64,000 bases of DNA from a virus. A program made the translations under genes and the position numbers. Of the stretch, positions 47,170-57,068 are shown piece by piece; positions within the stretch are counted from its first letter, which is position 1; the number at the start of each line of letters is the position of its first letter. The stretch is taken from the IMG/VR virus record IMGVR_UViG_3300042314_001189, positions 73,445-137,444 of that record; one strand, written 5' to 3'. Under the pieces are notes generated by a model that made no database searches, had not been told where the DNA came from, and saw nothing but the letters and a program-made list of their open reading frames with translations.

Positions 47170-47886
47170 ATGAGTATAAATTTAAAAACGGGTTATGAAT
47201 GGTGTTTAGATGCCAACATGCGAATATTGGACATATCATCATGGGATACTAATTGGGCCTTTTACGAACAATCGTATTACGAAGAAAAAATAGATTTGAA
47301 AGAATTTTACAGACGCATCGAATTGTGTAAAGTGAAAGCTAATTCAATGCCACGTAAAACTATGATGTTCTTGGAATACAGAATGTATGGACTTGTACCG
47401 TACAACTTATCACCAATCCAACAAGGTATCCAATTTGGACATGCTGTTGTAGATTATGGTCGAACAGCCGAGGGGTTGCCACCACATTTTGAAATATATA
47501 AAAAATGGGCCGACAAAGACAAGACGTTTATTATTTTGAATGGTGGAACAACCAACAACAACCCAGAAAGGTTAGGAACGTTGAATCAACACATGAATAC
47601 TCTTCGTGAAAATGGTGTTTTGTTGCAAGAGTTCCATGAACCAGACTTGGGTGACCAATTGACAGCATTTGTGTTTTTGGTTGATGAGCGAGTGTTTAAT
47701 AGAACAATCTACCCAGACTTTGTTGGAACACCATATCCATGGCCAGCACATAAAAAACCTACTGAGAAACAACTTTCACAATGGGAAGCCGAAAATAGTA
47801 AAAACTACAAAGCATGGGAAGAAAAAATAGGTGGCGAAAAAAACGCTTTTCTTAGAGATTATTTAAGAGCTTTAAAACTGGCTTAA
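47170..47886 (+). CDS. protein with C-terminal Pth2-like domain
   Basis: RMYGLVPYNLSPIQQGIQFGHA...KTFIILNGG...FHEPDLGDQLTA. Confidence 0.6.
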   Translation: MSINLKTGYEWCLDANMRILDISSWDTNWAFYEQSYYEEKIDLKEFYRRIELCKVKANSMPRKTMMFLEYRMYGLVPYNLSPIQQGIQFGHAVVDYGRTAEGLPPHFEIYKKWADKDKTFIILNGGTTNNNPERLGTLNQHMNTLRENGVLLQEFHEPDLGDQLTAFVFLVDERVFNRTIYPDFVGTPYPWPAHKKPTEKQLSQWEAENSKNYKAWEEKIGGEKNAFLRDYLRALKLA

Positions 47887-47922
47887 AACTTGATTTTTTC
47901 ATAATTTTCCTTATAATTGTAT

Positions 47923-48501
47923 ATGGAAGATTATGAAAGACAAGAGGAAATTGTAAATTATTTAAACAAATACTATTATGTAAATGATTCGTATTTTTTT
48001 AATAGACAACATGAACAAGAATGGGGTTTATTAATAATTGAGACACTTACAAAAGTATTTTGTCACGATGTTAGCCTTACAGAAAACACTTTAAAAGAGT
48101 GGGCTTATAATAAAGGCTTATCAGAAGAAGACTACATAAAAGCGACTGGTACTAGAAAGTTAAAAGCTACTTGGTCACCAGAAATGGCTCAAGATTTAGG
48201 TAGGTATGGTGTCATTGATGCTGAAGAAGAATTATTATCTATCTTATCTGAGCAAATTGCTAGAGAAATAGACGCACAAATATTATTAGATTTAAAAGGT
48301 CAATTAAAAGGTGAAGATTTTTTAGGTGTGATGGAATGTGTTGGATATACGACAACACCTTTGATATATGACCCGATAACATTCGCACCTAAAAGAGGTT
48401 TCATTTCAATGAAATACTACGATATTCAATATGCAAGACAGAATAACATTATATGGAAAAATTGGGTTCGAACCAGAGAACAAAACCAACAAGCACAATA
48501 A
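47923..48501 (+). CDS. protein carrying a T4 gp23-like major capsid segment
   Basis: RKLKATWSPEMAQDL...IDAEEELLSILSEQIAREIDAQIL. Confidence 0.6.
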   Translation: MEDYERQEEIVNYLNKYYYVNDSYFFNRQHEQEWGLLIIETLTKVFCHDVSLTENTLKEWAYNKGLSEEDYIKATGTRKLKATWSPEMAQDLGRYGVIDAEEELLSILSEQIAREIDAQILLDLKGQLKGEDFLGVMECVGYTTTPLIYDPITFAPKRGFISMKYYDIQYARQNNIIWKNWVRTREQNQQAQ

Positions 48502-48955
48502 CCAAGCTAGTTGGAAGAAAATTGCCATGGTTTTTATTGATGGTGATGTATCTGAATATTATGCTTGGTTTGTAAAGAAAAGATACAATCTAACGCTTAA
48601 TAAACCATTGCGTGGGGCTCACGTATCATTCATAAACGATAGTATGAGAGACTTATCTCAAAATGGTCAAAAGAGCAACGAAGAAGTTGAAGCATTGTGG
48701 GAATCAGTAAAACAAAAATGGGACGGTAAAGAAATTCCAATCGTGTTGGATTTAACACCAAAAACAAATGACGAACACTGGTGGTTAAATATACCACATG
48801 ATGAAAGAGAACTTCTACAATCAATAAGAAATGAATTAGGGTTAGGCAAACCTTTTTTTGGTATGCACATGTCGATAGGATATGCAAACGATAAGAATAT
48901 TCATCATTCAATCTATATTCACGATTTAATTAAAAAAGGGTTTATTACTAATTAA
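48431..48955 (+). CDS. 2H phosphoesterase-like protein
   Basis: AHVSF and MHMSIG motifs. Confidence 0.6.
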   Translation: MQDRITLYGKIGFEPENKTNKHNNQASWKKIAMVFIDGDVSEYYAWFVKKRYNLTLNKPLRGAHVSFINDSMRDLSQNGQKSNEEVEALWESVKQKWDGKEIPIVLDLTPKTNDEHWWLNIPHDERELLQSIRNELGLGKPFFGMHMSIGYANDKNIHHSIYIHDLIKKGFITN

Positions 48956-49050
48956 ATTTTAACCAGGTTTTATTCACAAAAGTAAGTCGTTTTAATACAT
49001 GTGGACTATTTATATTTTAGTATATAATAGTCCACATTTGTTTTTAAAAT

Positions 49051-50655
49051 ATGTTGTTAAAAAGTAAAATCTCGTTAGTGCTTTCATTATTGATAATGAT
49101 ATTGTATTTCACTGTTCAATCCTTATTGGTTTTTGATATTATTCAATATTCAAAAAATTTAGGGTATTTTGGTTATGGTTGTTTCATAGCATTTTTATTC
49201 CCTTTTTATATTTTTGCCAAAGGGTTTATTAAAAATGCGAATCAAATCAAAAGTAATTTCAACCAAACTCAAAAATTTATAGACGAAGCGTCTATTATTT
49301 CAAAAGCTGATGCTAATGGTAAAATAACGTATGTAAATAAAAAATTTACAGACGTTTCTGGTTGGTCCTTAGAAGAAGTCGTGGGTAAAGACCATAATAT
49401 TGTTAATTCTAATACACACCCAAAAGAGTTTTGGTCTAATATGTATAAAACAGTCGTTAAAGACAAAAAAATATGGAACGAGATTGTAACCAACAAGGGT
49501 AAAAACGGTGATTTTTATTATGTTGATACCTATATAAAAGCTGAGTTTGATAGTGAAACAAATAAATTGTTAGGTTTCACGTCAATAAGACAAGATGTTA
49601 CAGAATTGAAAAGAAAAGAGGGTGAAATTTCTAATAGAATGAACGCTATTAATAAATCTAATGCTGTTATTGAGTTTGATTTAGATGGTAATATAAAGTT
49701 TGCAAATGATTTATTTTTAAACACACTAGGTTATGAACACCAAGATGAAATCGTAGGAAAACATCATAGTATATTTATTGAAGATGAATATAAAAATAGT
49801 GATGAATATAAAGATTTTTGGAAAACATTAAGACAAGGCGTTTTCTTTAGCGGTGAAATTACCAGAAAGAAAAAAAATGGTAATTTAATTTATCTTCAAG
49901 CAACGTATAACCCTATTATAGGAACCGATGGAAATGTTTATAGCGTAATGAAAATTGCTACTGATATTACCGAAAGCTACAATCAACAGCTGGAGATTGA
50001 TAAGAAAAACACATATCTAGAACATGCTGCTAAGATACTTAGACATGACATGCATTCTGGTATAAATACTTATATGCCAAGAGGGGTATCATCTTTGGAA
50101 AGAAGATTAACACCAGAAATTGTAGATTCTATAAAATTAGAGGCACCTTTAAAAATGATAAAAGAAGGTTTGAAACACACTCAAAAAGTATATAAAGGTG
50201 TATATGAATTTACAAATTTAGTAAAAACTGATGTAGTTTTAACAAAAACTGAATGTAGTATTCAGAAAATAATGGATGATTATTTAACTTCTACTGCTTA
50301 CAAATCACAAGTTCATTTAGATGATAACTTACCTACATTAGAGGTTAATGAATCTTTGATGTGTACGTCAATTGATAATTTAATTAGGAATGGTTTAAAA
50401 TATAATGATAGTAAAAGTAAAGTGGTTAAAATTTACAGCGAAGGTGACTATATTTGTATTGAAGATAACGGTAGGGGTATTACCCAAAAAGAATTTGAAG
50501 AACTTTCAAAACCTTACGTTAGAAAAGAAGGGCAAAAAGAAACGGGTAGCGGTTTAGGGCTTAACATATGTAAAGCTATTTTAAAAGAACATGGTTTTGA
50601 TATCACAGCTGAAAAGTTAGAACAAGGTACAAAATTAAGAATAAAAATAAAATAA
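49051..50655 (+). CDS. membrane PAS-PAS sensor histidine kinase
   Basis: 2 TM, two PAS domains, ILRHDM H-box, DNLIRNGLKY, EDNGRGI, GSGLGL. Confidence 0.9.
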   Translation: MLLKSKISLVLSLLIMILYFTVQSLLVFDIIQYSKNLGYFGYGCFIAFLFPFYIFAKGFIKNANQIKSNFNQTQKFIDEASIISKADANGKITYVNKKFTDVSGWSLEEVVGKDHNIVNSNTHPKEFWSNMYKTVVKDKKIWNEIVTNKGKNGDFYYVDTYIKAEFDSETNKLLGFTSIRQDVTELKRKEGEISNRMNAINKSNAVIEFDLDGNIKFANDLFLNTLGYEHQDEIVGKHHSIFIEDEYKNSDEYKDFWKTLRQGVFFSGEITRKKKNGNLIYLQATYNPIIGTDGNVYSVMKIATDITESYNQQLEIDKKNTYLEHAAKILRHDMHSGINTYMPRGVSSLERRLTPEIVDSIKLEAPLKMIKEGLKHTQKVYKGVYEFTNLVKTDVVLTKTECSIQKIMDDYLTSTAYKSQVHLDDNLPTLEVNESLMCTSIDNLIRNGLKYNDSKSKVVKIYSEGDYICIEDNGRGITQKEFEELSKPYVRKEGQKETGSGLGLNICKAILKEHGFDITAEKLEQGTKLRIKIK

Positions 50656-50677
50656 AAAGTAAAAAAAAACAAAAAAA

Positions 50678-51115
50678 ATGATTAATTCTATTTTATTGGT
50701 GGATGACGAAGATTTATTCCACTTAGTGTTTGAAGACGCATGCAGTCTTTTAGATATAACGCTTTCATTAGAAAGTTTAGATAGTGCTGACACAGCTGAA
50801 ACTATGTTTAAAGAGTGGACTGAAAAAGGTGACATCTCAAATAAACCAGAATGTGTGTTTGTTGACTTAAATATAATTGGTTCATCTTATGATGGGATTG
50901 AATTGATTAGAAAAATCAATTTTGATTATGGTAACAACGTTGTTATTGGTATTATATCATCTAGTGACGAAGCTAACGAGCAAGCTAAAGCTATCCAAGC
51001 TGGTGCACAATTTTGGATTATAAAATCAGATGAAATCGAACCAAGATTGGAAGAATTCAGAAAAGACTACGAAGGTTATAAAAACAAAACAAATCCGTTT
51101 AAAATCTATAGATAA
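50678..51115 (+). CDS. single-domain response regulator
   Basis: ILLVDDED, FVDLN (phospho-Asp), ISSS, IIKS. Confidence 0.9.
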   Translation: MINSILLVDDEDLFHLVFEDACSLLDITLSLESLDSADTAETMFKEWTEKGDISNKPECVFVDLNIIGSSYDGIELIRKINFDYGNNVVIGIISSSDEANEQAKAIQAGAQFWIIKSDEIEPRLEEFRKDYEGYKNKTNPFKIYR

Positions 51116-51789
51116 TGATTAAAATAGATAAAAAAACAAAAGAACAACTCATTCAACTTTTTGAAACCAAAAAAATTTCCTTGGAAGGTAATATATTAAA
51201 GGTTATTGAAGATGATGGGGATGAAGCGTTTCAAAAATACATCAAAGAATCGATTGAAAAAGATAATTCTACCAGGAAAAAACGTTTGGAAATAACCAAA
51301 CAAATTCAAAAACAAAATAAAGAATTAACTGATTGGAAAGTTGAAAACGAAAGAATTCATGGTGAGCTTTTAGAAACTTTAGAAGCCAATAAAACAGCTA
51401 TAATAGAAGCTGAAACAGCAAAAGAAGAAGCTGAAACAGCAAAAGAAGAAGCCGAGTTGTCTAAAGAACAAGCTGAGAAATCAATGGCTGAAGCAATCAC
51501 GGCTAGAGCCGAAGCTGAAAATGCAAAAGCAAATGCTGAAAATGATTTGGAGTTGATTCAAAAGAAATCTCAGTTTGAATTAATTGGTACAATAGTTAAA
51601 GTTGCTCTTTGGGTTATTATGGGTGTTGGTGTAACAACGACTGTTATGTTTTTAATCGCATTATTTGCTAAGGTTGACACTAGCGTAATCGGGTCAACAT
51701 GGAGTAATATCATTGGTATTTTATTAACCAATGCATTCAGTATTGTTGGTACGATAATGGGTGTTAAATACGCTTCAGAAAATAAGTGA
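51115..51789 (+). CDS. coiled-coil protein with two C-terminal TM helices
   Basis: EAETAKE repeat, TM hairpin; ends in TGA. Confidence 0.7.
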   Translation: MIKIDKKTKEQLIQLFETKKISLEGNILKVIEDDGDEAFQKYIKESIEKDNSTRKKRLEITKQIQKQNKELTDWKVENERIHGELLETLEANKTAIIEAETAKEEAETAKEEAELSKEQAEKSMAEAITARAEAENAKANAENDLELIQKKSQFELIGTIVKVALWVIMGVGVTTTVMFLIALFAKVDTSVIGSTWSNIIGILLTNAFSIVGTIMGVKYASENK

Positions 51790-51796
51790 TAACGAC

Positions 51797-52078
51797 TTAT
51801 GCGTTATCACCACTATCTGTATCGTTAGTGTTACCACCTTTTTTAGCCCATATTTTATCAACAGAAGCCAAACCTAAACAACCAAACGCTAATAAAGCTA
51901 CAGCGTCTACTAATTTATCAGAAGGTTTAATATCACCATGAGTGTATTGATTTACATATAATGTAACACAAAGTGTGATACCACAAAGAATACCAATAAA
52001 TCTTTTTGATGAAGGGTTACCTTTTTCATCATTAAATAAGCCTTTTACCCAAGCTACAATTTTAGAATACCATTTCAT
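51797..52078 (-). CDS. holin-like 2-TM protein
   Basis: SSKRFIG motif plus two TM helices. Confidence 0.55.
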   Translation of the reverse strand: MKWYSKIVAWVKGLFNDEKGNPSSKRFIGILCGITLCVTLYVNQYTHGDIKPSDKLVDAVALLAFGCLGLASVDKIWAKKGGNTNDTDSGDNA

Positions 52079-52217
52079 AATATTAAGTTTATTATAAATA
52101 TTTAAAAATTTACATTTGTTCTTTATTTTAAAAAAATAAACATTATATTTGCAAATTTAATTTAATTAAATTTGTTTATTTCAAAAAAAATTAATACCTT
52201 TGTGTAAATTAATACAT

Positions 52218-52412
52218 ATGATGTTACAATTAAATCCAATGTTACCAATAATTAGAGTTTCTGACAACATGAAAGGTTATGCCTTTTTAGTTATAGATTA
52301 CTCACAAGAACATGATTTGATGTTCACATGTGCTATGGATAACGGTGAAATATGGACGTTGAAAAACAACGAATTAAGGATGGAAAAAAACATAACTTTA
52401 GGTAGAAAATAA
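52218..52412 (+). CDS. hypothetical protein
   Basis: MMLQLNP...IDYSQEHDL...GEIW. Confidence 0.55.
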   Translation: MMLQLNPMLPIIRVSDNMKGYAFLVIDYSQEHDLMFTCAMDNGEIWTLKNNELRMEKNITLGRK

Positions 52413-53603
52413 ATGAAACAAATTACACACGAATTTTTGGTTGAGAATGGTTTAATACTATTTGAAACTGTTGTAGGTTCACAAGCATACGGAACTCAGA
52501 CTCCAACGTCAGATATAGATAAAAAATTTGTCTATATATTACCACATGATTACATATTGGGTACTGGATATATGGAACAAATAAACGTAAACAAAGATTA
52601 CGTTGGTTGGGAAATCAGAAGATTTTTAGAACTTATGGCTAGCAATAACCCAACTGTTTTGGAATTGTTAAACAGCCCAGAAGATTGTATCGTATCTAAA
52701 CACCCATTATTTGATGACATCATCGCACACAAAGATGAATTTATTACAAAGATTTGTAAGGATTCATTTGGTGGTTATGCCAGACAACAAATCAAAAAAG
52801 CCAAAGGTCTAGATAAGAAACAAAATTGGGAAAAAGACAAAGTAACTCGTAAAGATGTTTTGGACTTCGTTTATGTTATTGAAGGTCAAAAGTCTATTCC
52901 ATGGAAAGTTTGGAATACTCGTTACAATGAAAAATTCTGTGGTGTTGTAAATGTACCAAATGCTAGAGATTTATATGCTGTTTATTTTGACGTTGATGCC
53001 AATAACTGTTTCAACGAAAAAATACCAGAAAAGATGAGGGAAGAAGCTAAAGCTTGGAGAAAAAAAGAAGGTGAACCTATGGGTTTTGGTTATAAAGGAC
53101 TAGTAAAGACCGATGAAGGTGCAAACGCTGCTGAATCAAATCAATTAAGACTTTCAAGCATACCAAAAGGTGAAACACCTATCTGCAACATCATCTATAA
53201 CAAAGATGGTTATACAATGCACTGTAAAGACTACAAGGAGTATCAAGATTGGTTGGAAAACAGAAATGAAACAAGATATGTTGAAACGCAAGAGCATGGT
53301 CAAAAAATTGACGGTAAAAACATGATGCACTGCATGCGACTTATAAGAATGGCACAAGAAATTGGTGCTGGCAAAGGTATTATTGTTCGCAGACCAGATG
53401 CGCAAGAATTGTTATCTATCAGACGTGGTGAGGTAGATTTGGAGAATTTAATCGCCATGGCTGACCAAGCTATTTTAGAAATGGATTCAATTTTTGATAA
53501 TTCTGATTTACCAAACAAAACAAACCCAGAGTTGGTGAACGCATTATTGATTCACATTAGAAGAGAATTTTATAACTTGCCAATCATGGCAACAAACATT
53601 TAA
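52413..53603 (+). CDS. DNA pol beta-superfamily nucleotidyltransferase (YcgL/RlaP-like)
   Basis: VGSQAYGTQTPTSDIDKK, NNPTVLELL, GKNMMHCMRL. Confidence 0.8.
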   Translation: MKQITHEFLVENGLILFETVVGSQAYGTQTPTSDIDKKFVYILPHDYILGTGYMEQINVNKDYVGWEIRRFLELMASNNPTVLELLNSPEDCIVSKHPLFDDIIAHKDEFITKICKDSFGGYARQQIKKAKGLDKKQNWEKDKVTRKDVLDFVYVIEGQKSIPWKVWNTRYNEKFCGVVNVPNARDLYAVYFDVDANNCFNEKIPEKMREEAKAWRKKEGEPMGFGYKGLVKTDEGANAAESNQLRLSSIPKGETPICNIIYNKDGYTMHCKDYKEYQDWLENRNETRYVETQEHGQKIDGKNMMHCMRLIRMAQEIGAGKGIIVRRPDAQELLSIRRGEVDLENLIAMADQAILEMDSIFDNSDLPNKTNPELVNALLIHIRREFYNLPIMATNI

Positions 53604-53606
53604 AAT

Positions 53607-54110
53607 ATGAATATATTTGACGCACCAAAAGATTGTATAAGAACCAATTCTGGTTTATACATCAACGTATTTGAACCAACATCAGAAATGATATGTATTG
53701 AAGATATTGCACATGCTTTATCTTCGATACCTAGGTTCGGTGGACACATGAATAAACACTATTCTGTGGCTCAACACAGTGTAATGTGTTATGAACGAGC
53801 TATTGGTGTAGAAGATAAAAAAGCTGCTCTTATGCACGATGCCAGTGAAGCTTATATGTTGGATATACCAACACCAATAAAAGCTAAATTGCCAGACTAT
53901 AAAAAGTATGAGGCGAACCTTATGAGTTTCATTGCAAACAAATATGGTTTTGTATTCCCACTAACAGAATCAGTACACGCAATTGACCGTGAAATGTTGT
54001 TGTTGGAATGGGAAAATTTGGTGGTTAATCAAAATGAATCGTTTGAGTGTTGGTCACACGCTTATGCTAAAGAAAGATTTTTAAACGCATTTAACGAGTT
54101 GTTCAAATAA
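53607..54110 (+). CDS. HD-domain 5'-deoxynucleotidase (YfbR-like)
   Basis: IEDIAHALS..PRFGGH..HYSVAQHSV, LMHDASEAY.LDIPTPIK. Confidence 0.85.
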   Translation: MNIFDAPKDCIRTNSGLYINVFEPTSEMICIEDIAHALSSIPRFGGHMNKHYSVAQHSVMCYERAIGVEDKKAALMHDASEAYMLDIPTPIKAKLPDYKKYEANLMSFIANKYGFVFPLTESVHAIDREMLLLEWENLVVNQNESFECWSHAYAKERFLNAFNELFK

Positions 54111-54137
54111 AAACTATGGAAAAAGAATTTGGTTCAG

Positions 54138-55150
54138 AAGAACCTAAACAAGAAACACTTGAAGAAATTGAAAAGAACATTGACCGAGAAGAGTGGATAA
54201 ACTTTTTTAAAAATAACTCAAAAGAAGAAATTCTAGAATACTTAATCAACTATAAATTCCCATTATGAAAAAAGAAACACTTGAAGAAGCTGCTGAAAAT
54301 TTTGCAAATTCAAAGGAATGGATAAATGGGGGTGCAAGTAATTGGGTACAGTTTTCTTTTAAAAAGGGTGCTAAATGGCAAGCCGAAAGAGGTTATAGTG
54401 AAGAAGAAGTACTTGATTTATTATACAAAAGAGATTTATACTTACTTAATAGAGATGAAGAAGTTGAATTAGAATTGCCAGATGAATGGTTTGAACAATT
54501 TAAAAAGAAATAGTATGAAAAATTTACATTTAGTATACACAGATAACCCAAGTAGATTATTTTATTTGGCTAGTAATCTACATTTAGAACAAGGTCAATT
54601 GATAACCCCTAAAAATTATCAACACGTCTACATCACTTCTGATGAAGAAATTAAAGAAGGGGATTATGTTTACAGTACTGCACAAGATTATAATATGCAA
54701 AAAGTTTCTAAAGGACTTGAAAAATCATACAATGATGTTAAGCATTACAAAAAAATCATCCTAACAACAGATACAGATTTAATTGAAGATGGTATTCAAC
54801 CTATTAATGATGAGTTTTTAGAGTATTTTATTAAGAACCCTACTTGTGAATATGTTGAGGTTAAGAAAAGGTATTCAGATTTTACAGTAGACCCATTTGT
54901 TGGATACAAAATCATTATTCCACAAGAAGAACCTAAATATATTGAGGATAAATTTGAATTTGAATCAAGAATAATTAATGAAGTTTGGAATAGAGATGAA
55001 GAACCTAAACAAGAGAGTTATATTTGTCCAAAAACTAATATCCAATGTGATGATGAATGTTGTGTAAGTGCTGAAGATTGCCATATAATATCTTCATTAG
55101 CTACTGGTATGGTTGACTGTAAAGAACCTAAACAAGAAACACTTGAAGAA
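54138..55150 (+). repeat. dispersed GAACCTAAACAAGAAACACTTGAAGAA (EPKQETLEE) repeats
   Basis: Full or partial copies near 54140, 54272, 54928, 55001, 55124 across three adjacent ORFs. Confidence 0.75.
54265..54513 (+). CDS. hypothetical protein (KETLEEAAE family)
   Basis: 82 aa ORF. Confidence 0.55.
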   Translation: MKKETLEEAAENFANSKEWINGGASNWVQFSFKKGAKWQAERGYSEEEVLDLLYKRDLYLLNRDEEVELELPDEWFEQFKKK

Positions 55151-55288
55151 GGGTTTGATAGAATTTATAAAGAATTAGATTTTAGTGAGTTTGATTTTGC
55201 ATCTTTTAAGTTAGGTGTGAAATGGCAACAAGAACAAATGGAAAAGTTAAAAGACTTTGACACTTGGAAAGAATGGAAAAACAAATAG
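54515..55288 (+). CDS. hypothetical modular protein (EPKQETLEE family)
   Basis: ATG 54515; VYITSDEEIKEGD, KKIILTTD motifs. Confidence 0.6.
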   Translation: MKNLHLVYTDNPSRLFYLASNLHLEQGQLITPKNYQHVYITSDEEIKEGDYVYSTAQDYNMQKVSKGLEKSYNDVKHYKKIILTTDTDLIEDGIQPINDEFLEYFIKNPTCEYVEVKKRYSDFTVDPFVGYKIIIPQEEPKYIEDKFEFESRIINEVWNRDEEPKQESYICPKTNIQCDDECCVSAEDCHIISSLATGMVDCKEPKQETLEEGFDRIYKELDFSEFDFASFKLGVKWQQEQMEKLKDFDTWKEWKNK

Positions 55289-55390
55289 TATGAAGAGATT
55301 TATACAAAAACTATTATTGTGGTGGAGCTATAATAAACCAAAAAAAGATAAAAAATCTATATGGAAACTTTAATTTAAAAAAATAAAATT

Positions 55391-55630
55391 ATGAAAACAG
55401 AAGATGATTTTTTGAATATACAAAAAGAAACCATGGAGATACTAGGGTTCTGGGATGAAACTTATAAAGCTTCATTAATCAGAGTTTTAGAAAGCAATTA
55501 CAAAAGGGATATAATCAAAGTTTGGTGTATTTCAGATTTAGTAATGAATGGTGAAAAGGTTTTGATAAAGTGGAACAAAAGACATGCGCCATTATCTGAA
55601 GATGAAATGATAAAAAGATACGGTGTTTAA
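55391..55630 (+). CDS. hypothetical protein
   Basis: 79 aa ORF. Confidence 0.5.
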   Translation: MKTEDDFLNIQKETMEILGFWDETYKASLIRVLESNYKRDIIKVWCISDLVMNGEKVLIKWNKRHAPLSEDEMIKRYGV

Positions 55631-55963
55631 TTAGTTAAAAAACTCATTGTTTTCCAAAAGAAACTGAATAACATCATCAGCTTTTTTACAGTCGTCCAAA
55701 AAAGAAAAAACGTGTTTATCTTCTAGTTGGAACCATTCATTTTTAGCTTCAGTTTTATAAGCTGAATACTTCATATGCATGCTTCGTTCAACTTTTTTGT
55801 AGTTCTTTGATTTATAAGTTTTTAATAATGATATTTTGTCAGAATTACCAGTTTGTAATTGTTTTACTCTGATTTCTGGTTCGTTTTTGGTGATACCTAT
55901 TTTAAAGGTTTCAACACCATCACTACTAACTTGAAGAATTAAATATACGTAACCCATATTCAA
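55631..55963 (-). CDS. GIY-YIG-like (T5orf172/MUG113) domain protein
   Basis: GYVYLI, FKIGIT, RVKQLQTGN, E..H, NEWF. Confidence 0.8.
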   Translation of the reverse strand: MNMGYVYLILQVSSDGVETFKIGITKNEPEIRVKQLQTGNSDKISLLKTYKSKNYKKVERSMHMKYSAYKTEAKNEWFQLEDKHVFSFLDDCKKADDVIQFLLENNEFFN

Positions 55964-55995
55964 ATATACTAAAAAGTCCAGGAATAGTCAATACC

Positions 55996-56739
55996 TTAAA
56001 GCTCGGTAATTGCTTTATTTATGTATTTCATCAGAGTTAATCCTTTTACAGTTAAGAATACGTCTTCATGATTATTGAAATACGCTAAAACATTGATAGG
56101 TTTATTGTTTATTCTAATTAGTTCGTCTTCATGTTGCGCTTTAGATAACAATTTAAAATACTTTGATTTAAAAATAAACTCGTCTGTGTTTGTAACATAT
56201 TCTAAAATAAATGCAACTCTCAAATCCTCGTCAACCATATCTTGTAACATATCTAGTCTTGCTTGAGGTGAGTTAAATTCAGAAAAATCAATATTAGCAG
56301 CAACTTCGTTTAATGTATCATGGTTTCCGAATGTTGCTGCTATATCAAATTCAGTTGACCAACTTTGAATCTTTGAACTTGCTTTATATATATAGGGGTT
56401 TACTGATGTTAAGTTTATTTCTTGTTTTTTATCTATAAAATACTTTATTGGTATTGTGATACCACGGAATACTTTTGTTTTTTCTGGTATTAAAACTTCT
56501 GGGTATTGTTGCATACAAGCTTTTAAATTTTTCATTGCTGAAATAAATTCTGGGGTAACATCTTCACCATACATGTTATCTGTAAAATCAGATATATCCC
56601 TAACATATTGGTTCTCAATCCCAGTATTTTTTTCTGTCCCACCTAATTCTGTTGCGAATAATTCGTAACCAAATTTATTTACACAAGCTTGAATTTCAAC
56701 CTCATTAATCAAAGACTCATATAATTTGTAAATTTTCAT
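55996..56739 (-). CDS. putative ADP-ribosyltransferase (R-S-E type)
   Basis: VFRG, QSWST, HEDE motifs; TATTTATA upstream; LYESLINE N-terminus. Confidence 0.5.
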   Translation of the reverse strand: MKIYKLYESLINEVEIQACVNKFGYELFATELGGTEKNTGIENQYVRDISDFTDNMYGEDVTPEFISAMKNLKACMQQYPEVLIPEKTKVFRGITIPIKYFIDKKQEINLTSVNPYIYKASSKIQSWSTEFDIAATFGNHDTLNEVAANIDFSEFNSPQARLDMLQDMVDEDLRVAFILEYVTNTDEFIFKSKYFKLLSKAQHEDELIRINNKPINVLAYFNNHEDVFLTVKGLTLMKYINKAITEL

Positions 56740-56813
56740 AAACTTTTTTCTATAAATATTTGGTAGATTGAAAAAGATTTACTACCTTTGTAATGTAATA
56801 AAAGATAAACAAC

Positions 56814-57068
56814 ATGAAAAACGTAAATTTAACAGTACTTTATTTAGCTTTGGTATCAGAATTTGGTGTGACTAGCTTTGAATTATCTAGCATTGTCCCA
56901 ACAACAACAAATGAGCCGATTGATGCTATGATTGATTTTAACTCTAAGTTAGATGAATTTGATGTTGACAGAATACAATCAATTGTTACTGAAAACATAA
57001 CTGGTGAAGTTAAACAAGCAACCGTTAAAACAAAAGGAAACGTTATACACGTTTATATTGAGTTTTAA
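56814..57068 (+). CDS. hypothetical protein
   Basis: 84 aa ORF. Confidence 0.5.
   Translation: MKNVNLTVLYLALVSEFGVTSFELSSIVPTTTNEPIDAMIDFNSKLDEFDVDRIQSIVTENITGEVKQATVKTKGNVIHVYIEF

Noticed and set aside
54138-55150. Possible CRISPR array
   Set aside because: Repeats are in-frame coding, irregularly spaced and degenerate; no cas genes or constant-length spacers anywhere in the window.
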